The position numbers and the translations under genes were made by a program. A stretch of DNA of 64,000 nucleotides from an uncultured Rikenellaceae bacterium (lineage in GTDB: Bacteria; Bacteroidota; Bacteroidia; Bacteroidales; Rikenellaceae), in assembly GCA_944326945.1 (NCBI GenBank), contig CALVFY010000008.1, positions 9,994 through 73,993 of the forward strand, written 5' to 3'. Shown piece after piece: positions 47,806-57,627 of the stretch. The notes beneath the pieces are model-generated. The model was given only the letters and a program-made list of their open reading frames with translations. It made no database searches and was not told the DNA's origin. Every line of letters starts with the position of its first letter. Within the stretch, counting starts at the first letter, position 1.

Positions 47806-48558
47806 CTATCCGAAACGTCCCGTAATATAGTTCTGAGTAGCCTCCTTGCTCGGATTCGTGAAGATCATCTTTGTCTCTCCACATTCCACCATCTCACCCA
47901 TATAAAAGAACGCCGTTCGATCGCTCACCCGGGCAGCCTGTTGCATATTGTGGGTCACGATGATAATCGTCACCTCCTTTTTCAATTCACGGATCAGCTC
48001 CTCGATCTTCGCCGTAGAGATCGGATCAAGTGCCGAAGCAGGTTCATCCATCAGCAACACCGAAGGAGAAACCGCCATAGCCCGGGCAATACACAACCGT
48101 TGCTGCTGACCACCCGAAAGTGCAAAGGCAGATGCTTTCAACTTATCTTTCACCTCATTCCAGAGAGCAGCCCCCTTGAGAGCCTCTTCCACCCGATGGG
48201 CGATAAAACTCTTATCCCGAATCCCATTGACCCGCAAGCCATAAGCCACATTGTCAAAAATACTCTTCGGAAAAGGATTGGGCCGTTGGAAGACCATTCC
48301 CACCTCCTTACGCAACCGATCGATCTCCACCCCCGGAGCATAGATGTCCCTACCGTCGATCAACACCTGTCCCGTAAGCCGACTTCCGGGAATCAGATCG
48401 TTCATCCGATTGAAAAGACGCAGAAAGGTGGATTTTCCGCATCCGGACGGTCCGATGAAGGCAACCACATCGTTTTGTTCCACCTCCATCGAGATGTGTT
48501 TGAGTGCATGAAACTTGCCGTAATAGAAATCGACCTCCTTGACTTCGATTTTCTTCAT
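47806..48558 (-). CDS. pstB: Phosphate ABC transporter ATP-binding protein
   Basis: 250-aa ORF with Walker [10 protein letters not shown], signature [14 protein letters not shown] and Walker B LLMDEP. Confidence 0.95.
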   Translation of the reverse strand: MKKIEVKEVDFYYGKFHALKHISMEVEQNDVVAFIGPSGCGKSTFLRLFNRMNDLIPGSRLTGQVLIDGRDIYAPGVEIDRLRKEVGMVFQRPNPFPKSIFDNVAYGLRVNGIRDKSFIAHRVEEALKGAALWNEVKDKLKASAFALSGGQQQRLCIARAMAVSPSVLLMDEPASALDPISTAKIEELIRELKKEVTIIIVTHNMQQAARVSDRTAFFYMGEMVECGETKMIFTNPSKEATQNYITGRFG

Positions 48559-48563
48559 AAGAT

Positions 48564-49451
48564 TTATTTCGTTTTCAGTCTGTTTTCAAAATAGCGACGC
48601 ATTCCGCCCGCCAATAAATTCACCACCAGGATAATGGCAATCAGCACCAATGCCGTCCCATAGGCAATGGGTTGTTGGGCTTCGATATCTGTTCCGCTGG
48701 TGGAGATCACGTACAAATGATAGGGCAGGGCCATACACTGGTCGAATATCGAAGAGGGAAGTTGCGGAAAGAAATAGGCCGCACACGTGAAAAGAATCGG
48801 AGCCGTTTCCCCCGAGACACGCCCCAGGGAGAGAATCAACCCGGTGATGATCCGAGGCATTCCCATCGGCAGGATCACTTTCCAAATGGTCTGCAGTTTC
48901 GTGGCACCGAGAGCCAGACTTCCCTCTCGATAACTGGATGGGATGTCTTTCAAGGCCTCCTCGGTGGTCCGGATCACCAGCGGCAACGACAACAGACCCA
49001 ACGTAAGCGATCCGGCCAGAATACTGTCGCCGAAGCCGAGATATTTCACAAAAAGCGCCATTCCGAACAATCCGAACACAATCGAAGGCACACCGCTCAG
49101 GTTATTGGTCATCAGTCGAATAAAACGGACCAACCAGCCCCGCGAAGCATATTCATTCATATAGATTCCGCTCATGATGCCCACCGGGAATGCCACAATC
49201 GCACTTCCCAACATCAAAAGCAAGGTTCCCACAATAGCCGGAAAGATTCCTCCGGAAGTCATCCCGTCGGTCGGCGGCTCCGTCAAAAAATCCCAACTGA
49301 TCACACCGACTCCTTTGTAGATAATAAATCCAAGGATAGCAAACAGAACGAATGCAATAAAGAGACTGAAGACCCGGAACAAAGCAAAAGCCACCCATTG
49401 AGAACGACGTTTACGCAGGTCATATCTATCGGGATAACGAGGTGATTCCAT
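48564..49451 (-). CDS. pstA: Phosphate ABC transporter permease PstA
   Basis: The ORF extends to 49487, but the likely start is [10 protein letters not shown] at 49451. The permease EAA-type loop is [20 protein letters not shown]. Confidence 0.9.
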   Translation of the reverse strand: MESPRYPDRYDLRKRRSQWVAFALFRVFSLFIAFVLFAILGFIIYKGVGVISWDFLTEPPTDGMTSGGIFPAIVGTLLLMLGSAIVAFPVGIMSGIYMNEYASRGWLVRFIRLMTNNLSGVPSIVFGLFGMALFVKYLGFGDSILAGSLTLGLLSLPLVIRTTEEALKDIPSSYREGSLALGATKLQTIWKVILPMGMPRIITGLILSLGRVSGETAPILFTCAAYFFPQLPSSIFDQCMALPYHLYVISTSGTDIEAQQPIAYGTALVLIAIILVVNLLAGGMRRYFENRLKTK

Positions 49452-49455
49452 AACA

Positions 49456-50640
49456 CTATTTATTTTTCGAGGAAATATACTCCACACTCATATTGATCAC
49501 AAGCGTGATAAAGAACAGAATAACGCCCAACAGGAAAAGAGCCTGATAGTGAGACCCTCCGGCAGGAGCTTCGCCCAATTCGGCGGCAATCGTGGCGGGA
49601 ATGGTCCGCAAGGGCTCCAAAATCGAAGTAGGAATCACTGCGGCATTTCCAGTGACCATCAATACGGCCATTGTCTCACCAACAGCCCGTCCGATTCCGA
49701 GCACCACGCCGGATGTAATACCCGACATCGAAGCGGGAATCACCACCCGATAGATTGTTTGCCAACGGGTGGCCCCCAACGCCAAACTTGCTTCCCGAAG
49801 CGATCGGGGACAACTGCGCATGGCATCCTCTGCCACGGTAATCATGGTCGGCAGGGCCATAATGGCCAACACGATACTTCCGGCCAATCCGCTCTCCCCC
49901 ACCGGCAAATCAAATCCCTGCTGCAGGAGAGGCACAATGACAATCAATCCGAAAAAGCCGTAGACCACCGAGGGAATACCATTCAACAGTTCGATCACCG
50001 GTTTGAGAATACTTCTCATCCGCTCCGAAGCCACCTCAGACATATAGATGGCCACACTGAGTCCGAACGGCAGAGCAAACAGAATGGCGAAAAGACTTAC
50101 CCACAACGTTCCCGCCAACAGAGGCAACATACCAAACAATGGAGCTGGAGTTGCCGTCGGAAACCATTCCGCACCGGCAAATACTTCGGCCGGAGAGATA
50201 GTCCGGTCTTCGATATAATGCAGATCAGCCTCCTCGGGAATCATCACCCGAGGCACGAAAGCGATCGCTCCCGGATGCTCTTCGACCCATCCTACGATTG
50301 CCTCTCCGGCCCTTTCGTACTGAGGACCCAACTCCTCTTCCGAGAAATAACGATCCACATCCTCCAAACGAAAAGTCTCGATCGGCAGATCGGGTCCACC
50401 TACTTCTTTCCAATTGGCGATATCTTCGTCGAATACTCCCTTGATCTGCTCGGCAGTCAACCGACTCACCGGATTCTCCTTGTTAAGAGCCAACACATAT
50501 CCCTCTTCGATGACACGTCCCCGGAACAACCCGGCCCCCTCCGTAAAAAGGAATCCGATAATCAGCAAAATAACTATACTGGTGACGAATCCGCTACCGG
50601 TCAACACCCATTGTACGATTTTTTCAAACAACTTTCTCAT
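49456..50640 (-). CDS. pstC: Phosphate ABC transporter permease PstC (with an extended periplasmic insert)
   Basis: 394-aa ORF with the loop EASLALGATRWQTIYRVVIP. It lies between pstS and pstA. Confidence 0.9.
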   Translation of the reverse strand: MRKLFEKIVQWVLTGSGFVTSIVILLIIGFLFTEGAGLFRGRVIEEGYVLALNKENPVSRLTAEQIKGVFDEDIANWKEVGGPDLPIETFRLEDVDRYFSEEELGPQYERAGEAIVGWVEEHPGAIAFVPRVMIPEEADLHYIEDRTISPAEVFAGAEWFPTATPAPLFGMLPLLAGTLWVSLFAILFALPFGLSVAIYMSEVASERMRSILKPVIELLNGIPSVVYGFFGLIVIVPLLQQGFDLPVGESGLAGSIVLAIMALPTMITVAEDAMRSCPRSLREASLALGATRWQTIYRVVIPASMSGITSGVVLGIGRAVGETMAVLMVTGNAAVIPTSILEPLRTIPATIAAELGEAPAGGSHYQALFLLGVILFFITLVINMSVEYISSKNK

Positions 50641-50641
50641 A

Positions 50642-51493
50642 TCACTCTTTCGATCGTTCCTCTTGTTCGTCGTCTCTCTTTACCGGTACAAAACCCTCCT
50701 CTCTCACCAATTTCTGGCCCTCCTGCGAAAGGATATACGAAATAAAAGGAGCCACTTGAGCCTCTTTTTTCGCATCGTAATAGTAATACAGCGGACGCAC
50801 TACCGGATAAGATCCGTCGAAGGCATTCTCCACCGAAGGCAACGCATAATGATTTCCGCCATCGTAGGAGATAGCCAAAGCCTTTACGTATGGATTCAGA
50901 TAGGCAAGCCCGATATATCCGATGGCCCCTTTGGTCTGGCGCACCGACTGAATAATGGCTCCCGTAGCCGGCATCGAGAGAATACTGCTCATATAGTTCT
51001 TGTTGGAGAGCACACTCTCCTTAAAAAACTCATAAGTTCCGGACGAGGTCTCCCGAGAATAAACCACGATTTTGCGATCGTCACCACCCACCTCTTTCCA
51101 ATTGGTGATCTTCCCCCGGAAAATGGCCTCCAACTGTTCACGCGTCAGCCGATCGACAGGATTGGTCGGATTGACCACCACGGCCAAAGCATCGTATGCG
51201 ACAATCACCTCGCTCACGGTCAGCCCAATCTGGGCAAATTTCATCTTCTCCCCGAATTTAATGCGCCGGGAAGCCATGGCTATATCGGTAGTATTCTCTG
51301 GCAAAGCCGCCAATCCCACACCCGATCCACCGCCCGTGACAACAATTTCCGAAGAGGGGTGTTCCCTGAGATATCGTTCTGAAAGTTCCTGTGTGAGGGG
51401 AAGGACCGTATCGCTTCCCTTGATTCGCTGAGCCTGTACGGAGAAACAGCAGCAACAGACTCCGAAAAAAATCGTAAAAATGGCTTTATTCAT
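50642..51493 (-). CDS. pstS: Phosphate ABC transporter substrate-binding protein
   Basis: 283-aa ORF with a signal peptide and the PBP motifs GSDTVLPL, GGGSGVG and TSGTYEFF. Confidence 0.85.
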   Translation of the reverse strand: MNKAIFTIFFGVCCCCFSVQAQRIKGSDTVLPLTQELSERYLREHPSSEIVVTGGGSGVGLAALPENTTDIAMASRRIKFGEKMKFAQIGLTVSEVIVAYDALAVVVNPTNPVDRLTREQLEAIFRGKITNWKEVGGDDRKIVVYSRETSSGTYEFFKESVLSNKNYMSSILSMPATGAIIQSVRQTKGAIGYIGLAYLNPYVKALAISYDGGNHYALPSVENAFDGSYPVVRPLYYYYDAKKEAQVAPFISYILSQEGQKLVREEGFVPVKRDDEQEERSKE

Positions 51494-51527
51494 TGACGTT
51501 CCGTATAGGAATTTTCTCTATTCGGAC

Positions 51528-51535
51528 ACAAAGAT
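51528..51535 (-). promoter_or_regulatory. Candidate -7 promoter box (TATCTTTG on the minus strand) for the pst operon
   Basis: The plus strand reads CAAAGATA, 35 nt upstream of the pstS ATG. Confidence 0.35.
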
Positions 51536-51744
51536 AGAGAAGCGAACCAAACACTTTTTATGAACTTCAATTTCTTAATGATTTAATAATCCATACTTAA
51601 CAATTAGATAACACCGCCCGGTCTCCGGTCACGGGAGTCGGAGAGAGGCATTTGTCCGGCAAGAAAACAAAGTTGCCCCAAAAGGTTTCATTATGGCAAT
51701 TTATTTGTATCTTCGTTTTTACAATCCATAAAAACCTGACGATT

Positions 51745-52293
51745 ATGAAAAACGTCAATTATTTCATGCTTCGTACCATCTTTGCCCTGGTGATCGGACT
51801 GGTCCTCATCATCTGGCCCGCTAATGCCCTGATCTATCTGGTCATTACCATAGGTATACTCTTCATGGTACCGGGGCTGATCGCCATTTTTGGCTATCTG
51901 CTCCGCAACAAACAACGTTACCCCGATGCCCGATTCCCCTTGACCGGTGCAGGAAGCGTACTGTTCGGTATTTTATTGCTGGCCATGCCCGGTTTCTTTG
52001 TCAATATTCTGATGTACCTGCTCGGATTCATTCTCGTATTGGGAGGTATTCAGCAAATCGCCTCGCTGGTCTCGGCACGTAAATGGGGCCGGGTCCCGGG
52101 CGGGTTCTATATCGTTCCTGTCCTGATTCTGATCTGCGGAATCGTCGTACTGTTCAACCCGTTCGGAGTAGCCGCCACGGCTCTCGTCCTACTCGGCATC
52201 GCAAGCATGGTGTATGGCGTATCGGAATTGGTAAACTGGTTCCGATTCGGACACCGAAACGACGACATCGACGAAGCAAAAATTCTTCCGTAG
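51745..52293 (+). CDS. HdeD/DUF308-family membrane protein
   Basis: The ORF opens at 51652, but the likely start is MKNVNYFMLRTIFALVIGLVLIIWP at 51745. It has six hydrophobic segments in a DUF308 repeat pattern. Confidence 0.65.
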   Translation: MKNVNYFMLRTIFALVIGLVLIIWPANALIYLVITIGILFMVPGLIAIFGYLLRNKQRYPDARFPLTGAGSVLFGILLLAMPGFFVNILMYLLGFILVLGGIQQIASLVSARKWGRVPGGFYIVPVLILICGIVVLFNPFGVAATALVLLGIASMVYGVSELVNWFRFGHRNDDIDEAKILP

Positions 52294-52312
52294 CACGTTC
52301 ACTCGAATCCAT

Positions 52313-52345
52313 AAAAAAGGGAGACTTGAGAAAGTCTCCCTTTTT
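52313..52345. terminator. Bidirectional terminator between convergent DUF308 genes
   Basis: AAAAAA-GGGAGACTT-gaga-AAGTCTCCC-TTTTT. Confidence 0.8.
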
Positions 52346-52369
52346 CTGTACCTCAATGTCCCAATCCAT

Positions 52370-52960
52370 TCATTGCATCTCTTTAAATGTTTTATGAACA
52401 TCTTTCAACTGAAAAGCGAATATTCCGGCAGCAATCCCTGCAAAAAGGAACGAAATGCCAACCCATGCTATCACCGCCTCCATGCCAAACACAACAGGTT
52501 GAACCAGCACAATCAAAGAAAAGATCATTAACAAAATTCCGGAAGCGATTGTCCAACCGGCCCCCGATACCCGCATCGACCTCATATCGCCCCCCAATCC
52601 CATCAAGGTAAAGCTGCGGAACAACAGCCAAAAGCCCAAGAAAATAGGAAGTGCCACCACCGACATTGCCATATTGAAAATCAGAAACAGACCGAGAATC
52701 GTCTCTATGATTCCGGCTGCCAGCAACCACCCTCGGCCCGTAATCAAATGATGATTGGCGAGTGACAAGACGATCTCGGATATTCCCGAAAAGAGAATCA
52801 CGAAACCGAACAGCAGAGACATTCCCAGATAACTCTGGGCGGGATAGACAAATACAATGATACCCACTACAAAAAGGACGATTCCCAACACCAGCATCAG
52901 CCACCAGTGGCGAACAGCCTCTTTCGATTTTTCCCATTGAGCGATGAAACAACTATTCAT
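52370..52960 (-). CDS. HdeD/DUF308-family membrane protein
   Basis: 196-aa ORF containing HWWLMLVLGIVLFVVGIIVFVYP with repeated DUF308-like TM pairs. Confidence 0.65.
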   Translation of the reverse strand: MNSCFIAQWEKSKEAVRHWWLMLVLGIVLFVVGIIVFVYPAQSYLGMSLLFGFVILFSGISEIVLSLANHHLITGRGWLLAAGIIETILGLFLIFNMAMSVVALPIFLGFWLLFRSFTLMGLGGDMRSMRVSGAGWTIASGILLMIFSLIVLVQPVVFGMEAVIAWVGISFLFAGIAAGIFAFQLKDVHKTFKEMQ

Positions 52961-53053
52961 AAGAGTATGATTTAAAATTAAACTTCTATTCCATTTGCAA
53001 AAATCGGGCTAAATCGGATACCGGGCATTCAAACGCCTCTCTGAACAGATCAC

Positions 53054-53088
53054 AAAAAAAGGTGTCTGCATACACAAACACCTTTTTT
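53054..53088 (-). terminator. Candidate terminator after the beta-propeller lipoprotein gene
   Basis: AAAAAAAGGTGT-ctgcatacacaa-ACACCTTTTTT. This is a short stem with flanking A and T runs. Confidence 0.45.
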
Positions 53089-53244
53089 CGCACCGGAGAA
53101 ACCGGGTTTTCTGTCCTCAAACACCCCGCCGAGGAAAAACGAGACGAGTTATTATGGCAAATACAGGACGTTTTTCATCTCACTCGAGGTTCCCTCAGAA
53201 AACAACTCCGGATTGAATATCGCATTTCTTAAGCAACGCTCACT

Positions 53245-54480
53245 CTATTTCGAAAGATAGGCCGTTTTGAATTGCTCCGTAGAGTAGATTCCGGCACAGA
53301 ACGAAACAGGAGTTCTGTTGTCATCGTCATACTCGACAAGGCCCATCGTCGTCGTATTATAAGTGGCGAAGACATTCCCCATGATAGGCACAATCAGCCG
53401 GTTCGTCCACGGATCAACCGCCATGTAACCGGAAAGACCATTGAAATTCTCCGTCGTATTCTCTATGCTTACCTTCTTCAAAGTTCCCGTAGTATAGTCA
53501 TACCGGCAAATACTATCCGTTCTATAATAATCGGTATCATACTCCCCTGCAAAATAGAGCGCATCTTCGTTCAGACTGGCACACATGGCGACATTGGGCG
53601 TATAGGTCATCACAGGGAAATCCACACCAATCTCCGTCTCGGAGAGGATATTGCCCGAGTGATCCATCTTGACAATTTTAGATTTAGAAGTATATGTTGC
53701 CTCCATTCCCGACATTTCGAACGTTCCGGAAACCGCCAGATACAGATTCCCATCTTTACCCTTGACCACATCTTTCACCTGACGACCTTCGAAAGAGACC
53801 CGTTTTACGATCTGATCGGTCGACGGATCGATAATCACGAGACTCTCCCCACATGATGCATAAATTCGGTTCCGACTGACAAGCATCCGTGCTTTAGCGG
53901 CACCCGATTTGGAAAATTCCCCGTAGGTTCCGTCAATATCAGCTGCGGCAAGTTGCCGGGAAGTCAAATCGAACACCCGGATCCCGGAATGAGTCTCATA
54001 GGTGGAAACGGCATACTGCATATAAATCTTGTTGTTTGCCACCACAATATGCTGAGGATGATTATCCTCACCCAAATCTACGGCCTCGATGACCTGTTCG
54101 ATTTTCAACGTCTCGGCATTCAGAATCACGATCTGGCCGTCTCCTCCATGGACAGCACCTTTCTGCGAGAGCAAATACATCTTACCATCGGCAATATACA
54201 TATCTTCGAGCAGAGCGCCTGCCTGATGTCCAGGATTACAGGCCTCATACACATCGCCCGCCGTTGCAAAGATGGGAAGTTGCGTCGAATTGGGCGCCAT
54301 GAAATAGATTTGTCCGTTCTGACCGGAATTAGCATTGCCCTCCATCAGGAAATACACCCCCTCCTTCACCGCAGGCTCGGGATCGGGGGTCGGTCCTCCC
54401 TCGTTTTTATCACAGGCAACAAACGCCAACAGGGCGACCACTCCAAAACAAAGTTTACTGAAAATGTCTTTTTTCTTCAT
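53245..54480 (-). CDS. Surface lipoprotein with a YncE-like beta-propeller repeat pattern; B12-regulated, possibly a BtuG-like corrinoid-binding protein
   Basis: 411-aa ORF with the lipoprotein signal LCFGVVALLAFVAC. Blade-like segments recur: GKMYLLSQ, NNKIYMQYA, RNRIYASCGESLVIIDPSTDQIV, DGNLYLAVSG, ALYFAGEY, NRLIVPIMG. A cobalamin riboswitch lies directly upstream. Confidence 0.5.
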   Translation of the reverse strand: MKKKDIFSKLCFGVVALLAFVACDKNEGGPTPDPEPAVKEGVYFLMEGNANSGQNGQIYFMAPNSTQLPIFATAGDVYEACNPGHQAGALLEDMYIADGKMYLLSQKGAVHGGDGQIVILNAETLKIEQVIEAVDLGEDNHPQHIVVANNKIYMQYAVSTYETHSGIRVFDLTSRQLAAADIDGTYGEFSKSGAAKARMLVSRNRIYASCGESLVIIDPSTDQIVKRVSFEGRQVKDVVKGKDGNLYLAVSGTFEMSGMEATYTSKSKIVKMDHSGNILSETEIGVDFPVMTYTPNVAMCASLNEDALYFAGEYDTDYYRTDSICRYDYTTGTLKKVSIENTTENFNGLSGYMAVDPWTNRLIVPIMGNVFATYNTTTMGLVEYDDDNRTPVSFCAGIYSTEQFKTAYLSK

Positions 54481-54599
54481 TGTGTATAAAATATTGGTTT
54501 GAACTTTTTTCTCAACCGGATTTTACACACAACGGAGCCGAAAAGGCAGATGCGACAAGCAAGAAGACCGTTTCCCATTCTCCGTAGGAATGCAAAATC

Positions 54600-54775
54600 C
54601 GTTGCATTGGCAGGTCTTCTGACTCGTCTCGTTTTCAAGGTCTTCCCAGTAAGGACCAGTGACTTCCATCTTGAAAACACGCCTCCGGAGAACTTCCGGA
54701 TGAGACTCACAGCAGCGGGAACTGTTGTCGACTTTCACGACATTCCCTTTTAATCCCCTCAACGGGAACCAATAC
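54600..54775 (-). promoter_or_regulatory. Cobalamin (B12) riboswitch
   Basis: The minus strand reads GGTTCCCGTTGAGGGGATTAAAAGGGAATGTCGTGAAAGTCGACAACAGTTCCCGCTGCTGTGAG...GAGTCAGAAGACCTGCC. The conserved AAAAGGGAA, GTGAAAGTC and CAGTTCCCGCTGCTGT core elements are present. The B12 box AGTCAGAAGACCTGCC lies about 130 nt upstream of the lipoprotein ATG. Confidence 0.8.
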
Positions 54776-54781
54776 AGAGTG

Positions 54782-54812
54782 CAAAAATGAGTTTTTTATT
54801 TCAGATTGCAAA
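54782..54812 (-). promoter_or_regulatory. Candidate promoter for the riboswitch-lipoprotein transcript (TTTG-N19-CATTTTTG)
   Basis: On the minus strand, TTTG (plus-strand CAAA at 54809-54812) is followed 19 nt later by CATTTTTG (plus 54782-54789). That is one mismatch to TAnnTTTG, and it ends just upstream of the aptamer. Confidence 0.4.
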
Positions 54813-54835
54813 AAAACAACCCTATTTTTTTGTTC

Positions 54836-55438
54836 CTATAATTTTTTCTCCACCAACATTCGGATAAATCCAGCCGTATCCTCTCTTCCCAACCACGAAG
54901 AGTTGATCGAGAAGTGATACGATGCCGCGTCACCCCACTTCTTGTCGGTATAGAAGTCGTAATAGGCCGCCCGGCTCTTATCCGTTTTGGCTATCAATTC
55001 GGCCGCCTGACGCTCCGAAATACCACTCCGAGCCATCACCGTTGCCACCCGGACCTCCTCTGGAGCGTGAATAAACACACTGAAGCACGCCGGATGATCC
55101 CGCAAAATATAGTCGGCACAACGACCTACAATCACACACGATTCGCGATCTGCCAACCGACGAATAGTCTCGGACTGGAAACGGAATATATTCTCATTCG
55201 AGAGAATTCCATCGTATCCGAATCCCATTGAAAGAGCATGCATAAATGTCGTCGGGGCCCGTTCGTCAGCCTTATCAAAAAACTCACAGCAAAGGCCACT
55301 CTCACGGGCGGCTTCCTGCATCAAAGCCTTATCGTAATAGCCAATTCCCATCATCTCGGCCAATCTACGGCCGATTTCCCGGCCGCCGCTTCCGAACTGA
55401 CGGCCTATTGTAATGATAAATTTCTTTTCCATGTTCAT
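54836..55438 (-). CDS. Cytidylate-kinase-like family protein (P-loop NTPase)
   Basis: 200-aa ORF with FIITIGRQFGSGGREIGRRLAEMMGIGYYDKAL, which is typical of this family. Confidence 0.75.
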   Translation of the reverse strand: MNMEKKFIITIGRQFGSGGREIGRRLAEMMGIGYYDKALMQEAARESGLCCEFFDKADERAPTTFMHALSMGFGYDGILSNENIFRFQSETIRRLADRESCVIVGRCADYILRDHPACFSVFIHAPEEVRVATVMARSGISERQAAELIAKTDKSRAAYYDFYTDKKWGDAASYHFSINSSWLGREDTAGFIRMLVEKKL

Positions 55439-55447
55439 TCAGGTGTT

Positions 55448-56806
55448 TTATTGCATATTCTCTTCCATACGGAATTTTTTGATCTGACGAGCCAACAAAA
55501 TTGCCGACAGGATAATCGCCATCGTATCGGCTATCGGCATACTCAACCACACACCCAGACTGCCCAACCGCGGCGGAAGAATTGCCAACAGAGGAATCAG
55601 GAACAGCATCTGTCGGGTCAGAGAGAGGAAAATAGCCTTCTGGGCCTTGCCGATCGACTGGAAGAAACTTGAAGTAACAATCTGAAATCCGACAAGCGGG
55701 AAGACAAAAGTCACAACCTTCAAACCCTGTTCCGCCACGGCCAACAACTCTTCATTCGTAGTGAAGAGCATGGATATCTGAACCGGGAACAGATGACTCA
55801 ACAGAAATCCCACAGTCGTCACACACGTCGCGACCAGAATACCCTGACGAAGCGTCCGTTTCACGCGATCATACTTGCGGGCTCCGTAATTGTATCCGAT
55901 AATCGGCTGCATGCCCAGGTTCAATCCGGCCACGACCATCACGAACAACAATACCACCCGGTTTACGATACCATAGGCCCCAATATAGAGGTCCCCTCCG
56001 TTATTCTTCAATGCCTTGTTGATAAAGATTACCACGATACTGGCACATACGTTCAGCAGGAAAGGAGCCAAACCGATCGAAATGATTCCGCGCACGATCT
56101 TTGCCTTCAGATGGAAAATGCTCCGTTGGAAGTGTATAAAACTCTTCCTGCAGGAGAAGTGATGCAATTCGATACTCATGGCCACAGTCTGGGCAATCAC
56201 AGTAGCGGTAGCCGATCCCTGTATGCCCCACCCGAAACCGAAAATCAACAGCGGATTGAAAATACAGTTACAAACAACGGCGGTCAACATCACAAACATT
56301 GCTTTGGTCGGATAGCCCGACGCACGAAGCATATCATTCAATCCCAAATAAATATGCGTCACCACGTTCCCGGCCAAAATAATCTGCATAAAATCGCGGG
56401 CATAGGGAATCGTCACCTCACTGGCACCGAAAAAATAGAGAATCGGATCGAGAAACACAAGAGTCACAACCGTAAAGGAGATACCGATAATCATATTCAG
56501 AAACACCACATTCCCCAAGATCATCTGTGCACTCTTCACATCATTCTGACCCAATTTAATAGACATCAGCGATGAGGCTCCAACCCCCACCATCGACCCG
56601 AATGCCGAAGCAAGGTTCATCAGCGGCAAAGCAATAGCCAAGCCCGCGATGCCCAACGGACCCACGCCATGACCGATAAAAATACTGTCTATGATATTAT
56701 ACAACGACGAAGAGGTCATCGCTATCACGGCAGGAATCGCATAACGTAACAACAACGTAGAAATTTTCTCCGAACCCAATATCATCGGGTTGTTTTTTGT
56801 CTGCAT
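55448..56806 (-). CDS. MATE-family efflux transporter
   Basis: 452-aa ORF with 12 TM segments and the N-terminus LLRYAIPAVIAMTSSSLYNIIDSIFIGHGVG. Confidence 0.85.
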   Translation of the reverse strand: MQTKNNPMILGSEKISTLLLRYAIPAVIAMTSSSLYNIIDSIFIGHGVGPLGIAGLAIALPLMNLASAFGSMVGVGASSLMSIKLGQNDVKSAQMILGNVVFLNMIIGISFTVVTLVFLDPILYFFGASEVTIPYARDFMQIILAGNVVTHIYLGLNDMLRASGYPTKAMFVMLTAVVCNCIFNPLLIFGFGWGIQGSATATVIAQTVAMSIELHHFSCRKSFIHFQRSIFHLKAKIVRGIISIGLAPFLLNVCASIVVIFINKALKNNGGDLYIGAYGIVNRVVLLFVMVVAGLNLGMQPIIGYNYGARKYDRVKRTLRQGILVATCVTTVGFLLSHLFPVQISMLFTTNEELLAVAEQGLKVVTFVFPLVGFQIVTSSFFQSIGKAQKAIFLSLTRQMLFLIPLLAILPPRLGSLGVWLSMPIADTMAIILSAILLARQIKKFRMEENMQ

Positions 56807-56925
56807 ATTCTTTCATCTTTATTCGGCAACAAAGTTCGCAAAAATAGGGGAGAAATCAGACAAATCGCATCCGATTTATTTTCAAAAATCCGTACTTTTG
56901 ACCGTAAAAAATCCCATCCACAACG

Positions 56926-57615
56926 ATGACAAAATCTTCCTCCTTACAGCAAATCATCGATAAACTCCATGCATTGTCAGATCTGACCGGAGCCGAAAAG
57001 ATGAAACATTTCGGTATTGCAGCCGATCATGCACTGGGTATCCCCATTCCGAAACTGCGTGCCATAGCCCGCGAATATCGTCCTGACCATCCACTGGCAC
57101 TGGCTCTTTGGGACGAACCGTGGCACGAATGCCGATTGCTCGCCCCAATGGTGGCCGATCCGGCTCTCGCCACACCGGAACTGCTCGACGCCTGGTGTGC
57201 CGACTTCAACTCGTGGGACATCTGCGACCAGTGCTGCTCCAACCTTTTCCGCTACCTGCCTTTCGCCTATGACAAAATTTACGAATATGCGCCCCGGCCC
57301 GAGGAGTTTGTCCGCCGGACAGCCTTCGCTCTCATGGCAACCCTCGCGGTAGGCGATAAAAAAGCACAGGACGAACAGTTCCTGCCACTGTTCGTCCTGA
57401 TTGAAACCTATTCGGCCGACCCGCGCAATTTCGTGAAAAAGGCCGTGAACTGGGCACTCCGACAAATCGGGAAACGGAATCAGAGACTCTATGTTCCCGC
57501 ACTCGAATTGAGTCGCAAACTCTCCCTCTCCTCAGACCCCACGGCCCGATGGATCGGTCGTGATGCTCTCCGGGAACTTTCAGACCCGAAAATCATCGCC
57601 CGGATCAAGCCCTGA
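56926..57615 (+). CDS. DNA alkylation repair protein (AlkD-like HEAT-repeat family)
   Basis: 229-aa ORF containing HFGI...LGIPIPKLRAIAREY...LALALWDEPWHECRLLA...NFVKKAVNWALRQIGKRN. Confidence 0.75.
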   Translation: MTKSSSLQQIIDKLHALSDLTGAEKMKHFGIAADHALGIPIPKLRAIAREYRPDHPLALALWDEPWHECRLLAPMVADPALATPELLDAWCADFNSWDICDQCCSNLFRYLPFAYDKIYEYAPRPEEFVRRTAFALMATLAVGDKKAQDEQFLPLFVLIETYSADPRNFVKKAVNWALRQIGKRNQRLYVPALELSRKLSLSSDPTARWIGRDALRELSDPKIIARIKP

Positions 57616-57627
57616 GAAGGTCGAATA

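Noticed and set aside
46165-51382. Long antisense ORFs opposite the AKR (46165-47007), phoU (47044-47754), pstB (47941-48594), pstA (48672-49445), pstC (49549-50745) and pstS (50414-51382).
   Set aside because: All are shadow frames of canonical pst/phoU/AKR genes, and their translations are low-complexity.
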